A DNA stretch of 64,000 nt from an uncultured Gammaproteobacteria bacterium (GTDB lineage Bacteria; Pseudomonadota; Gammaproteobacteria; JAURND01). A program made the translations under genes and the position numbers. The stretch spans positions 480,001-544,000 of the forward strand of contig CAVQQD010000002.1 of NCBI GenBank assembly GCA_963714975.1, given 5' to 3'. Shown here piece after piece: positions 1-8,782 of the stretch. Numbering within the stretch: the first letter of the stretch is position 1; every line of letters begins with the position of its first letter. The notes under the pieces were generated by a model, which saw nothing but the letters and a program-made list of their open reading frames with translations, was not told the origin of the DNA and did not search any database.

Positions 1-2
1 TT

Positions 3-725
3 CTCTCAGGACAAATTCATTTGGAAAAAATAGGTTTTCGTTATCATTCTGAGGATGCTTGGGTTTTGGAAGATATTAATATGCATATTCCTCCCGGTAA
101 AATGGTTGCTTTTGTAGGTCCGACAGGTAGCGGAAAATCAACTTTATTTCGCTTGTTGTTGGGTTTTGAAACCCCTGTGACTGGAACTGTAGCTTATGAT
201 TATCAGGATCTCAGTAAGCTTAATTTGCGCATCCTTCGAGAACAGTTAGGGGTAGTGTTGCAAAATGGAGTGTTGATGTATGGAACCATTTTTGAAAATA
301 TTGTCGGTTCATTTCCTCTGACGCAAGAGCAAGCCTGGGAAGCTGCTGCGATGGCTGGTTTAGCTAAAGATATCGAGGCAATGCCCATGGGGATGCAAAC
401 GTTAATTGCGGAAGGGGGGACCACCCTGTCGGGTGGACAGCGCCAACGTTTAATGATTGCTCGTGCTTTAGTACATAAACCACGCGTCTTATTTTTAGAT
501 GAAGCGACTTCTTCTTTGGATAATCCAACCCAGAAAGAAATAATGCAACAGTTAGAGCAATTGAAAATAACGCGAGTTATTGCGGCACATCGCCTGAGTA
601 CCGTCATTAATGCGGATTGTATTTATGTAATACAAAATGGCAAGGTCTTGCAAAGTGGTACTTATGAAAGTCTCATTGCTGAAAAAGGCTTGTTTTTAGA
701 ATTGGCAAGTAGGCAATTAATTTAA
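3..725 (+). CDS. ABC transporter ATP-binding domain, 3' part (resembles NHLM/bacteriocin-system exporter); runs in from before the window
   Basis: Walker A GPTGSGKST, signature LSGGQRQR, Walker B VLFLDEATS, H-loop AHRLST; frame open back to position 3. Confidence 0.85.
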   Translation, partial: LSGQIHLEKIGFRYHSEDAWVLEDINMHIPPGKMVAFVGPTGSGKSTLFRLLLGFETPVTGTVAYDYQDLSKLNLRILREQLGVVLQNGVLMYGTIFENIVGSFPLTQEQAWEAAAMAGLAKDIEAMPMGMQTLIAEGGTTLSGGQRQRLMIARALVHKPRVLFLDEATSSLDNPTQKEIMQQLEQLKITRVIAAHRLSTVINADCIYVIQNGKVLQSGTYESLIAEKGLFLELASRQLI

Positions 726-820
726 AATCCCCCTACCCCTTTTGTGGCCCCTCTCCCCCACCCGAGCCTCAGCGAGGGAAGGTGGGAGAGGGGGAGGCCA
801 AAAGGGGTAGGGGGATTTTA
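723..820. repeat. Composite GC-rich hairpin (family A, boxC-like) between convergent genes; probable bidirectional terminator
   Basis: Outer arms aaaatccccctacccctttt/aaaaggggtagggggatttt enclosing cccctctcccccacc/ggtgggagagggg. Confidence 0.85.
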
Positions 821-1618
821 ATTGCTTCGTCGAGTTTTTTCATGGATTAATAAGGCTCCAAACAAAATTATTAGCCAAGATATATACAACCAAACTAAAA
901 AAATGGGAATCGTCGCTAGAGCACCATAAATTAATTGGTAATCAGCGAAATTATTAATATAAAAGCTAAATCCCTTTTTGGCTAGCTCAAGTAAAATAGC
1001 TGAGATGATCCCAGCAAAAATACTATCTAAGTAGGATACTTTAAAGTTTAATACGATAAGGTAAATTACGCTTAATATAAAAGCATCGACGATTAAGGGA
1101 AAAACCGAGATAAAGAAAGGAGCTTTCGAGGCTAGCGAGAATAGAAAAACACTGAGTATTATGCTTAAGCCCATGATAAAAGGTACAATAATTAATACTG
1201 TCCAACGCAAAATGAATGAGGATTTTTTCTGGGGACATTGTTTATTATTATTAACTGCATTTAAAGAGTCGTTGACAGAAGAGATTAGCAATATTACCGT
1301 GATCACAAAAAATAAAATACTGATAGTTGGGAGTTTGGCGGCTTGATTAATAAAAAGAATGAGATAAGGGACAATTACATTTTGAGTACTGGGTAGGAAA
1401 TAAGTCAGAGCATGATCCTTAATGAAGGAAATGGTGTCATTAAAGAAAGGAAAAAATTGCAGAAAAAAGAGCATTATCACGAAAAATGGAACTATAGATA
1501 AAAGCGTGGTATAGACTAATCCTGAGGCGCGATAAGTAAAGTCTTCTTTGAACAAGCGAAGGAATGCCTGCAAAAATACCCCCAAGATTTTTGGGCGAAT
1601 TCGATCCTGTTTCTTCAT
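818..1618 (-). CDS. YihY/virulence factor BrkB family membrane protein
   Basis: RASGLVYTTLLSIVP and YQLIYGALATIPIFLVWLYISWLIILFGA motifs; ATG at 1618 preceded by GGAG. Confidence 0.85.
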   Translation of the reverse strand: MKKQDRIRPKILGVFLQAFLRLFKEDFTYRASGLVYTTLLSIVPFFVIMLFFLQFFPFFNDTISFIKDHALTYFLPSTQNVIVPYLILFINQAAKLPTISILFFVITVILLISSVNDSLNAVNNNKQCPQKKSSFILRWTVLIIVPFIMGLSIILSVFLFSLASKAPFFISVFPLIVDAFILSVIYLIVLNFKVSYLDSIFAGIISAILLELAKKGFSFYINNFADYQLIYGALATIPIFLVWLYISWLIILFGALLIHEKTRRSN

Positions 1619-1733
1619 GTTGATTACTCCAGCCAAAAACTTTAGCAAGATTTTCTTTTAAAAGCAATTGCTTGCACGCTATAATTGTCCTGTACGCGTT
1701 CCTTCTTCTCATAAACCTTCGGCGGGATATAAA

Positions 1734-2366
1734 ATGCATTTTAAAAATCGAACTGAAGCAGGGCGATTATTGGCTCAGGCCTTAAAGCAATATTGTGATC
1801 AAGACGTAGTAGTTTATGCTATCCCTCGTGGTGGGGTAGTCGTTGGGATAGAAATAGCTCATTTTTTGCGAGCACCACTGGATTTAGTGATCACTCGAAA
1901 AATTGGCCATCCTTTCCAAGAAGAATATGCGATAGCGGCTGTTGCTGAAGATGGACATATGTTAGGATCAAAAGTACAATTACAGGCCCTTGATTCAGTT
2001 TGGCTAAACCAAGAGATAGATCGGCAACGTCAGGAAGCGCGCAGAAGAAGAGAAAAATACTTGGGCAATAGGCCTAAGATTGATGTCCAGGGGAAAACCG
2101 CCATTTTGGTCGATGATGGTATTGCGACCGGGATTACGCTGCTTTTGGCTATACAAGAGCTTAAGCACTCTAAGTGCAAGCGAATAGTCGTTGCAGTTCC
2201 TGTGGCGCCTAAATCCACAGCAGTGCAAATTAAAGAAGAAGTAGATGAGTTTATTGCTTTAGATATTCCCGAAGTTTATTTGGGAGCAGTGGGGGCTTAT
2301 TATGGTAATTTTGCCCAAGTCGAAGATGAAGAAGTGATAGCAATTTTAAATCAACAAAAGGAGTAA
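1734..2366 (+). CDS. Type I phosphoribosyltransferase family protein
   Basis: MHFKNRTEAG start, AIPRGGV, RKIGHP, PRPP loop ILVDDGIATG, VGAYY. Confidence 0.85.
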   Translation: MHFKNRTEAGRLLAQALKQYCDQDVVVYAIPRGGVVVGIEIAHFLRAPLDLVITRKIGHPFQEEYAIAAVAEDGHMLGSKVQLQALDSVWLNQEIDRQRQEARRRREKYLGNRPKIDVQGKTAILVDDGIATGITLLLAIQELKHSKCKRIVVAVPVAPKSTAVQIKEEVDEFIALDIPEVYLGAVGAYYGNFAQVEDEEVIAILNQQKE

Positions 2367-2399
2367 TTAAGATGGATGAAGGTTTAAGGAGCAGTTAGC

Positions 2400-5300
2400 G
2401 TGAATGGATTTGTGAGTTTATTGGATCTGATAAGGCAGCGTGCAGCTGAATTTCCTAATCAAATTGCTTATCAATTTGTAACGAGTCATGGTACCTATGA
2501 TTCGCTTACCTATGCTCAATTAGATCACAGAGCCACGGCTGTTGCCGCCGTGTTACGGCAGAGCTCTTGTCAGGGTGAAAGAGCTGTGGTGTTATTACCC
2601 CCTGGCCTAGATTATTTGGTTGCTTTTTTTGGCTGCCTTTATGCGGGCGTCATCGCAGTGCCGGTCTATCCCCCTAGTCGAAATCGACATTCACAAAGAT
2701 TATTTAATATTATTGATGATGCTAAAGTAAATTTTTTTATTACCCATCAAGTTTTTGCTAATCAATATCCAGCAGCTCCCGCGGGGATAAAGATCATTTG
2801 TGTTGATTTAATACCAACGCAAGCTGAGCAAGCAATTCCATCGCTTACTCCAGGTCCTGATGAAATTGCTTTTTTACAATACACTTCGGGTTCGACCAAT
2901 AGCCCTAAGGGGGTTATGGTTAGCTTTGGCAATATCGCTGCTAACTTAGAGGTTCTCAAAAATAATTTTGGTGAACAATGTCATGTGACTTGCTCTTGGC
3001 TACCTCCTTACCATGATATGGGATTAGTCGCGGGAATTATTCTCCCTTTATATCTTAAATCGCGGACTATTTTGATGTCCCCCTCGTATTTTTTGCAGTC
3101 ACCTGTGCGCTGGTTGGAAATTATTTCCAAGGAAAAAGTAGTTCTAAGTGGGGCGCCTAATTTTGCCTATGATTTATGTGTCAAAAAAATTCAGGCTGAG
3201 CAATTACGAAATCTCGATCTAAGTTGCTGGAAATATGCAGTCAATGGTGCGGAAGTCGTTCGACAAGCTACAATACAACATTTTATTGATACCTTCGCGG
3301 TGGCAGGTTTTGCTCCGGAAAGAATCTATCCTTGCTATGGTTTAGCTGAAGCAACTTTGATGCTGACAGGTAAAAAAGCTGCTGCAATCACCCATTCATT
3401 ACCATTACTGAAGACAGAATTAGAACGTGGGCAAGTGGTTATAGCTACTGAAGAAAATGCAGAAAATGTGGTGAATTTTGTTTCTTGCGGCGTAGCTCAA
3501 AAAGATCATGATATTTGCATAGTCGATCCGCACACGCATAAACCTCTTCCAGAGCGAAGCTGGGGAGAAATATGGGCCTGTGGTCCCAGCATTGCTAAAG
3601 GTTATTTTAATAAGCCAGAAATGACAGAAACAATTTTTCATGCTGAATTAACTGAGCCTGTTGCCGGGAAGGAATCAAATTCCTATATGCGTACCGGTGA
3701 TTTAGGTTTTATTTATCAGAATGAGCTTTATGTTGGTGGGCGTATCAAGGACCTGATTATTATTAAAGGATTAAACTATTATCCAGAAGATATTGAATTA
3801 ACTGCCACTGCTAGTCATCCTGCATTTGTACCACATGGGGCCGCTGCTTTTTCTGTAGTGGTTGAAAATGAGGAGCATTTAGTAGTTTTGCAGGAAGTTG
3901 CCCGGGATCAATTACATAAAATTGATGTTGCAGCGGCCTTGCGTGCTATCGAAGTGGCTTTGTTAAATGAGTATGGGCTGCAAGCTTACAGTATTGTGCT
4001 CATTAAACCCCATTCTCTTGCAAAAACTTCCAGTGGGAAAATTCAGCGGTGGGTATGTCGAAGTGAATTTTTAACTAATTCACTACGTGTCCTTGCTACC
4101 TCTCACGCTGCTAACGAAGTTAATCACTCCAACTGCGAAACTTATGAGGCAACGCGAGCTTGGTTAGTCGCTTGGTTTGCTCAGCAATTGCGTGTCTCTG
4201 AGAGTGAAATTAGTGGCAGGGATTTGCATGAATTAGAATTTAGCTCTTTAACAGCCGCTGAATTAGCTAGTGAATTGTCTAATCGATTTGGTAAACGCTT
4301 TGAAATTACTAGCCTACTAGAGCAACCTTCTTTAGAAGATTTAAGCCGATTTATCACGAATCATGGAGTAGCGAAAAATGTTCAGCAAAAGAGCTCAGTA
4401 GAGATCGCAGAAAAATCTTTAGTAAAACCTTTAGACCCAGATTTATTGAGTGCAGTAAAAGATATTTACTTCAAGGTAAATGCTGGAATTTCAGCTAACA
4501 ATACTATCATTGATGGTTCGCAGTATATTAATTTTTCAGGTTACAACTATTTGGGAATGTCCGGCGATGCTCAAGTGACTGCCGCTGTGGTGGCTGCCAT
4601 TCAAGAATTTGGCACCTCAGTTTCTGCGAGTCGTTTAGTCTCTGGAGAAAAACCTTTACATCATCAATTAGAAAATGCCATTTCAAAATTAATCGGGACA
4701 GATGAGACTGCGGTTTTATCTTCGGGATATGCCACTAATTTAGCCGTGATTACCCATTTATTTGGTCCGGGAGATTTGGTTATTTACGATGCCTTAGCTC
4801 ATAACAGTATTTTGCAAGGAGCGCAATTTTCAGGCGCTACTTGCATGGCTTTCCCTCATAATGATATAGGAGCATTAGAAGCAATATTGGAGAAGAAACG
4901 CGATCAATATAGGCGGGTATTAATCGTATCCGAAGGGGTATTTAGTATGGATGGCGATATCTGTGAGGCAACAGCATTAATTGCCATTAAAAAAAGATTT
5001 CAATGCTTTCTCATGTTAGATGAGGCCCATTCCATGGGGGTTATTGGCAATACTGGTTGTGGAATCCGTGAATATTACAATCTTAATCCTAAGGATGTGG
5101 ACATATGGATGGGAACTCTGAGTAAATCATTTGCAAGTTGTGGAGGCTATATTTCAGGTAGTTCTGAATTAATTGAAAACTTTAAATATAGTTCAGCTGG
5201 GTTTGTCTATTCAGCTGGTATTTCTCCTGCTAATACTGCGGCAGCTTTTGCTGCAGTTGAGCTCATGAGACAACAACCGGAGCGGATTAATAATTTACAA

Positions 5301-5579
5301 CAACGTCATTCCTTATTATTGTCTTTATTAAGGAAGGCCAGTATTCCAACCGGCAAGAGTAGTGACACTCCGATAATTCCGCTGATGGCAGGATCAACAG
5401 AGGGGGCAATTAAATTGAGTTCTTATTTAAAGACCTGTTACATCAATGCCTTGCCGATTTTTTATCCAGCTGTTGAAAAAACTTTGGCTCGGGTCAGACT
5501 ATTTGTGAACTGTTTACATACTGAAGAACAAGTGCATTATACAGCTGATGCTATTATTGCGGGCTATCAAACATTATGA
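2400..5579 (+). CDS. Fused fatty acyl-AMP ligase (FAAL) - acyl carrier protein - PLP alpha-oxoamine synthase (SPT/AONS family)
   Basis: FAAL motifs AFLQYTSGST, SWLPPYHDMGL, PCYGLAEATL, MRTGDLGF, KTSSGKIQR; ACP-like ELEFSSL (Ser616); AOS motifs NFSGYNYLG, SEGVFSMDGD, LDEAHS, GTLSKS (Lys909). Confidence 0.9.
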   Translation: MNGFVSLLDLIRQRAAEFPNQIAYQFVTSHGTYDSLTYAQLDHRATAVAAVLRQSSCQGERAVVLLPPGLDYLVAFFGCLYAGVIAVPVYPPSRNRHSQRLFNIIDDAKVNFFITHQVFANQYPAAPAGIKIICVDLIPTQAEQAIPSLTPGPDEIAFLQYTSGSTNSPKGVMVSFGNIAANLEVLKNNFGEQCHVTCSWLPPYHDMGLVAGIILPLYLKSRTILMSPSYFLQSPVRWLEIISKEKVVLSGAPNFAYDLCVKKIQAEQLRNLDLSCWKYAVNGAEVVRQATIQHFIDTFAVAGFAPERIYPCYGLAEATLMLTGKKAAAITHSLPLLKTELERGQVVIATEENAENVVNFVSCGVAQKDHDICIVDPHTHKPLPERSWGEIWACGPSIAKGYFNKPEMTETIFHAELTEPVAGKESNSYMRTGDLGFIYQNELYVGGRIKDLIIIKGLNYYPEDIELTATASHPAFVPHGAAAFSVVVENEEHLVVLQEVARDQLHKIDVAAALRAIEVALLNEYGLQAYSIVLIKPHSLAKTSSGKIQRWVCRSEFLTNSLRVLATSHAANEVNHSNCETYEATRAWLVAWFAQQLRVSESEISGRDLHELEFSSLTAAELASELSNRFGKRFEITSLLEQPSLEDLSRFITNHGVAKNVQQKSSVEIAEKSLVKPLDPDLLSAVKDIYFKVNAGISANNTIIDGSQYINFSGYNYLGMSGDAQVTAAVVAAIQEFGTSVSASRLVSGEKPLHHQLENAISKLIGTDETAVLSSGYATNLAVITHLFGPGDLVIYDALAHNSILQGAQFSGATCMAFPHNDIGALEAILEKKRDQYRRVLIVSEGVFSMDGDICEATALIAIKKRFQCFLMLDEAHSMGVIGNTGCGIREYYNLNPKDVDIWMGTLSKSFASCGGYISGSSELIENFKYSSAGFVYSAGISPANTAAAFAAVELMRQQPERINNLQQRHSLLLSLLRKASIPTGKSSDTPIIPLMAGSTEGAIKLSSYLKTCYINALPIFYPAVEKTLARVRLFVNCLHTEEQVHYTADAIIAGYQTL

Positions 5580-6232
5580 ATAAAAATCTCTATTCAAACC
5601 AAGTAGTCAACAATGATGGCTGCAGTCCTAGATTATTTGCTAATCCTATTTTAGAGCGTTTAAGTTGTACCTTACCAAGAACCCTATTTTTTGCTTACGC
5701 GCCGCTGGTAGTTTTTTTTCTGTACCAATCTACTAGGCAATGTGCTTATGGGAAAACTGTATTAATTTTTTGTCTAGGTATCTTTCTTTGGAGCTTTGTT
5801 GAGTATTTAATTCATCGTTTTGTTTTCCATTATGTGCCTACACAATCAAAGTGGGAAAAAATAAACCCGCTTTTTTATGGCAATTTTATTCACAACATTC
5901 ATCACGCTTACCCGAAAGATCCCTTGCGGTTGGTGACCCCGTTGGTAGTTACTTTACCCTTAGCAGTAATTTTTTATGGGTTATTTCATATTATATTCGC
6001 TAGCTATGCTCCAGGATTATTTGCTGGTTTTTTGCTAGGGTACCTTGGCTATGATTTGTTGCACGCGTTTACTCATGTTGCTCCTATGCGCAGCCGCTTA
6101 GGGAGATTTTTGAAGCGTTACCATATGCAGCACCATTACTTAGTAGAATACCAATCATTTGGGGTCAGTAGTCCTTTATGGGACTATATTTTTAATACTG
6201 TTCAATCAAAACCTAATAAGAACAGTAAATAA
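5576..6232 (+). CDS. Fatty acid hydroxylase / sterol desaturase family (FA2H/Scs7-like)
   Basis: His boxes EYLIHRFVFH, HNIHHAYP, YDLLHAFTH, HMQHHY, and FGVSSPLWD; ATGA overlap with upstream gene. Confidence 0.9.
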   Translation: MNKNLYSNQVVNNDGCSPRLFANPILERLSCTLPRTLFFAYAPLVVFFLYQSTRQCAYGKTVLIFCLGIFLWSFVEYLIHRFVFHYVPTQSKWEKINPLFYGNFIHNIHHAYPKDPLRLVTPLVVTLPLAVIFYGLFHIIFASYAPGLFAGFLLGYLGYDLLHAFTHVAPMRSRLGRFLKRYHMQHHYLVEYQSFGVSSPLWDYIFNTVQSKPNKNSK

Positions 6233-6247
6233 TTGAGGTAAACTGCG

Positions 6248-7375
6248 ATGTCCATCCAAATCGTTCCAGTTAGTTCAAGACAACATTGGAAGCATTTTCT
6301 ACAATTACCAAACGTGTTACATCAACATGATCCCAATTGGGTTCCCCCCTTACAAATTTCAGTCAAAAATATTTTAAATCACAAAAATCCTTTTTTTAAA
6401 CGGGCTAAAGTGCAATATTGGTTGGCTTATCAGCATGAAAAACCTGTAGCGCGTATAGCTGGTATTATTAATGAGGTACATAACGAATTTCACGAAGAAA
6501 AAGTGGCCTTTTGGGGCTATTTTGAGTCTATAGATAATACTCAAGTAGCAGCGCAACTGTTTGTTGCATTGTCACATTGGGTAAGTGGATATGGAATAAC
6601 CACTTTGCGTGGACCAGTCAATCTTTCTACTAATTACGAATGTGGTATGCAAATATCTGCTTTTGACACTAAGCCTTTTGTGATGACGCAGCAGAATCCC
6701 GCCTATTATCCTCACTTGATCGAGTCTTTAGGTTTTGTTAAAGTCAAAGATTTAGAAGCCTGGAAAATGGATCATAAAACAGCAAAATTGGATCCGCGAT
6801 TGTTGGAACGGACAAAAAAATTTGCACAAATGAATGCTATTACAATTCGAACTATTCGCTTAGATCAATTTGATCAGGAAATTTCCGCAATTTATCATTG
6901 TTACAACGATGCTTGGGAACGAAATTGGGGATTTGTCCCCATGCCAAAGGATGAATTTTTATTTCTCGCCAAAGAAATGAAGAGCATTCTTATGCCAGAA
7001 TTTTGTTTTATTATAGAGGTCGCTGGGGAAGTTGCTGGTTTTTCTATCTGGTTGCCCGATATTAATCAGATAGTCATTAAAATTCGGGATGGAAAGTTAT
7101 TTCCTACAGGGTTGTTCAAGCTATTCTGGTATTCGAAAGTACGCAAGGTAATCAATCAAGGAAGAATTATTGCTTTAGGAGTTCGAAAAAAATTTCGACA
7201 TTTAAACTTAGGTTCATTGTTATATAATAAATATTTTGAAACGCTCCCGGCGGCAGGTTACCCAATCAGTGAATGCTCTTGGGTATTAGAGGATAATGAG
7301 GCAATGCGGACTGCGTTGCAGTTTATGAATGGGGAAGTGTATAAGCATTATCGGCTATATGAAAAAGCAATATAA
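6248..7375 (+). CDS. GNAT-fold acyltransferase, bacterial ceramide synthase (bCerS)-like
   Basis: 375 aa; DPNWVPPL, ARIAG, GYFESID, LRGP, NPAYY, YNDAWERNWGFVP, LPDINQ, LGV, SWVLEDN motifs typical of this family; context. Confidence 0.7.
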   Translation: MSIQIVPVSSRQHWKHFLQLPNVLHQHDPNWVPPLQISVKNILNHKNPFFKRAKVQYWLAYQHEKPVARIAGIINEVHNEFHEEKVAFWGYFESIDNTQVAAQLFVALSHWVSGYGITTLRGPVNLSTNYECGMQISAFDTKPFVMTQQNPAYYPHLIESLGFVKVKDLEAWKMDHKTAKLDPRLLERTKKFAQMNAITIRTIRLDQFDQEISAIYHCYNDAWERNWGFVPMPKDEFLFLAKEMKSILMPEFCFIIEVAGEVAGFSIWLPDINQIVIKIRDGKLFPTGLFKLFWYSKVRKVINQGRIIALGVRKKFRHLNLGSLLYNKYFETLPAAGYPISECSWVLEDNEAMRTALQFMNGEVYKHYRLYEKAI

Positions 7376-7378
7376 CTT

Positions 7379-8371
7379 ATGAAAGTTTTATTAACAGGTG
7401 CTTCTGGGTTTTTAGGTTCTCACACGGCTGAATGTTTAGTGCAGCATGGTTATCAAGTGCGTTGCTTGGTTCGTCCCAGTGCTAGCCTTAATTTTATCAA
7501 GGAATTTACCTCTGCACTTGAGTTAATTGAAGGGTCTTTAGAAAATACTTCGTCCTTGCAACAGGCGGTGGCTGGAGTAGATGCTATTATTCATTGCGCA
7601 GGTTTGATAAAGGCTAGGACTTCCACGGATTTTTTTAACACGAATGCTAGTGGTACCTTATCTCTACTGGAAGCTGCAAGAAAAACGACACCTTGTTTAC
7701 GGCGTTTTATTTTAGTATCTAGTTTAGCAGCCTGCGGCGCTGCATTAAATAATTTTCAGCCTACTTCAGGTGAGATACTACCTCAACCCGTGAGTAATTA
7801 TGGCCGCAGTAAACTGCAGGCTGAAGTGAACGCAATAAAATATGCTGAAGCGTTTCCGGTCACAATTATTCGTCCCTCTATTGTCTATGGTCCCCGCGAT
7901 TTAAGTATGTTAACGCTTTTTAAAGCTTTTAATCGGGGGATTATTCCGCTGATTGAGGGTGGCGCAGGCGCAGTGAGTACCATTTATGTCAGGGATGCTG
8001 CACAAGCTTTGGTTAAAGCCGTAGCGGCAGAGGTCCCTAGCGGTAACGCTTATTTCTTAGAAGATGGCAGGACTATGACTTGGCGGGAAAGGTATTCTAT
8101 CTGGTCCCAAGCTATTTTAACTGGAAAAAATATTAAAATTCCCGTACCGAATCTATTCCTGGGTCTAACAGCCTGGGCTAACGAATGTTATGGAGCATTG
8201 ACCAAAAAAACAGTATTTTTAACTCGGGATAAATTACGCGAACTGCAGCAAACTTATTGGGTATGCAGCAGTGCTGCAGCTTCACAAGACTTATCATGGA
8301 AGGCTGCCGTTTCTTGGGTAGAGGGAAGCAAGTTAACTTATCAGTGGTATAAAAAAGAGGATTGGTTGTGA
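7379..8371 (+). CDS. NAD-dependent epimerase/dehydratase (extended SDR), candidate oxidized-ceramide reductase
   Basis: TGASGFLG Rossmann motif, HCAG, SSLAA, catalytic YGRSK. Confidence 0.85.
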   Translation: MKVLLTGASGFLGSHTAECLVQHGYQVRCLVRPSASLNFIKEFTSALELIEGSLENTSSLQQAVAGVDAIIHCAGLIKARTSTDFFNTNASGTLSLLEAARKTTPCLRRFILVSSLAACGAALNNFQPTSGEILPQPVSNYGRSKLQAEVNAIKYAEAFPVTIIRPSIVYGPRDLSMLTLFKAFNRGIIPLIEGGAGAVSTIYVRDAAQALVKAVAAEVPSGNAYFLEDGRTMTWRERYSIWSQAILTGKNIKIPVPNLFLGLTAWANECYGALTKKTVFLTRDKLRELQQTYWVCSSAAASQDLSWKAAVSWVEGSKLTYQWYKKEDWL

Positions 8372-8733
8372 AAAAATTTCTTGAGAAATTATATTGGGCA
8401 ACTGTTTTTTCTTTGCGGGGATTGCGTGCTGCTTGGCATTTTCAATGGGCATTTCGGTTGGAAGTTTTGGCCTTTATCTGTGGCATACCTTTGGCTATTT
8501 ATTTTGGACACGAGACCTGGCAAAAATTTATTTTAATATTTTCTTTGCTTTGGATATTAGTAGCAGAACTGCTTAATAGCGCGATTGAAACGATAGTGGA
8601 TCGCATTGGAACAGATCATCATGAATTATCAGGCCGAGCAAAAAATCTGGGGTCAGCTGCGGTATTCATTTTGGTATTAAATGCTTTGCTCACTTGGGGG
8701 ATTATTTTATTGGGAAACCCCCCTTCTCTCTAA
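8368..8733 (+). CDS. dgkA: Integral-membrane diacylglycerol kinase
   Basis: SLRGLRAAW, AFRLE, AELLNSAIETIVDRIG, ELSGRAKNLGSAAV; GTG start overlapping upstream TGA with GAGG RBS. Confidence 0.9.
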   Translation: MKKFLEKLYWATVFSLRGLRAAWHFQWAFRLEVLAFICGIPLAIYFGHETWQKFILIFSLLWILVAELLNSAIETIVDRIGTDHHELSGRAKNLGSAAVFILVLNALLTWGIILLGNPPSL

Positions 8734-8782
8734 CCCTCTCCCACCTACCCTCGCTGGCGTACGGGTGGGGGAGAGGGGATTT
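8716..8782. repeat. Family A palindrome overlapping the 3' ends of dgkA and the PAP2-like gene
   Basis: ccccttctctctaaccctctcccacctaccc...gggtgggggagaggggatt. Confidence 0.8.

Noticed and set aside
4450-5579. PLP domain as biotin BioF
   Set aside because: No bio genes nearby; fused to a long-chain FAAL and ACP amid lipid-modifying genes
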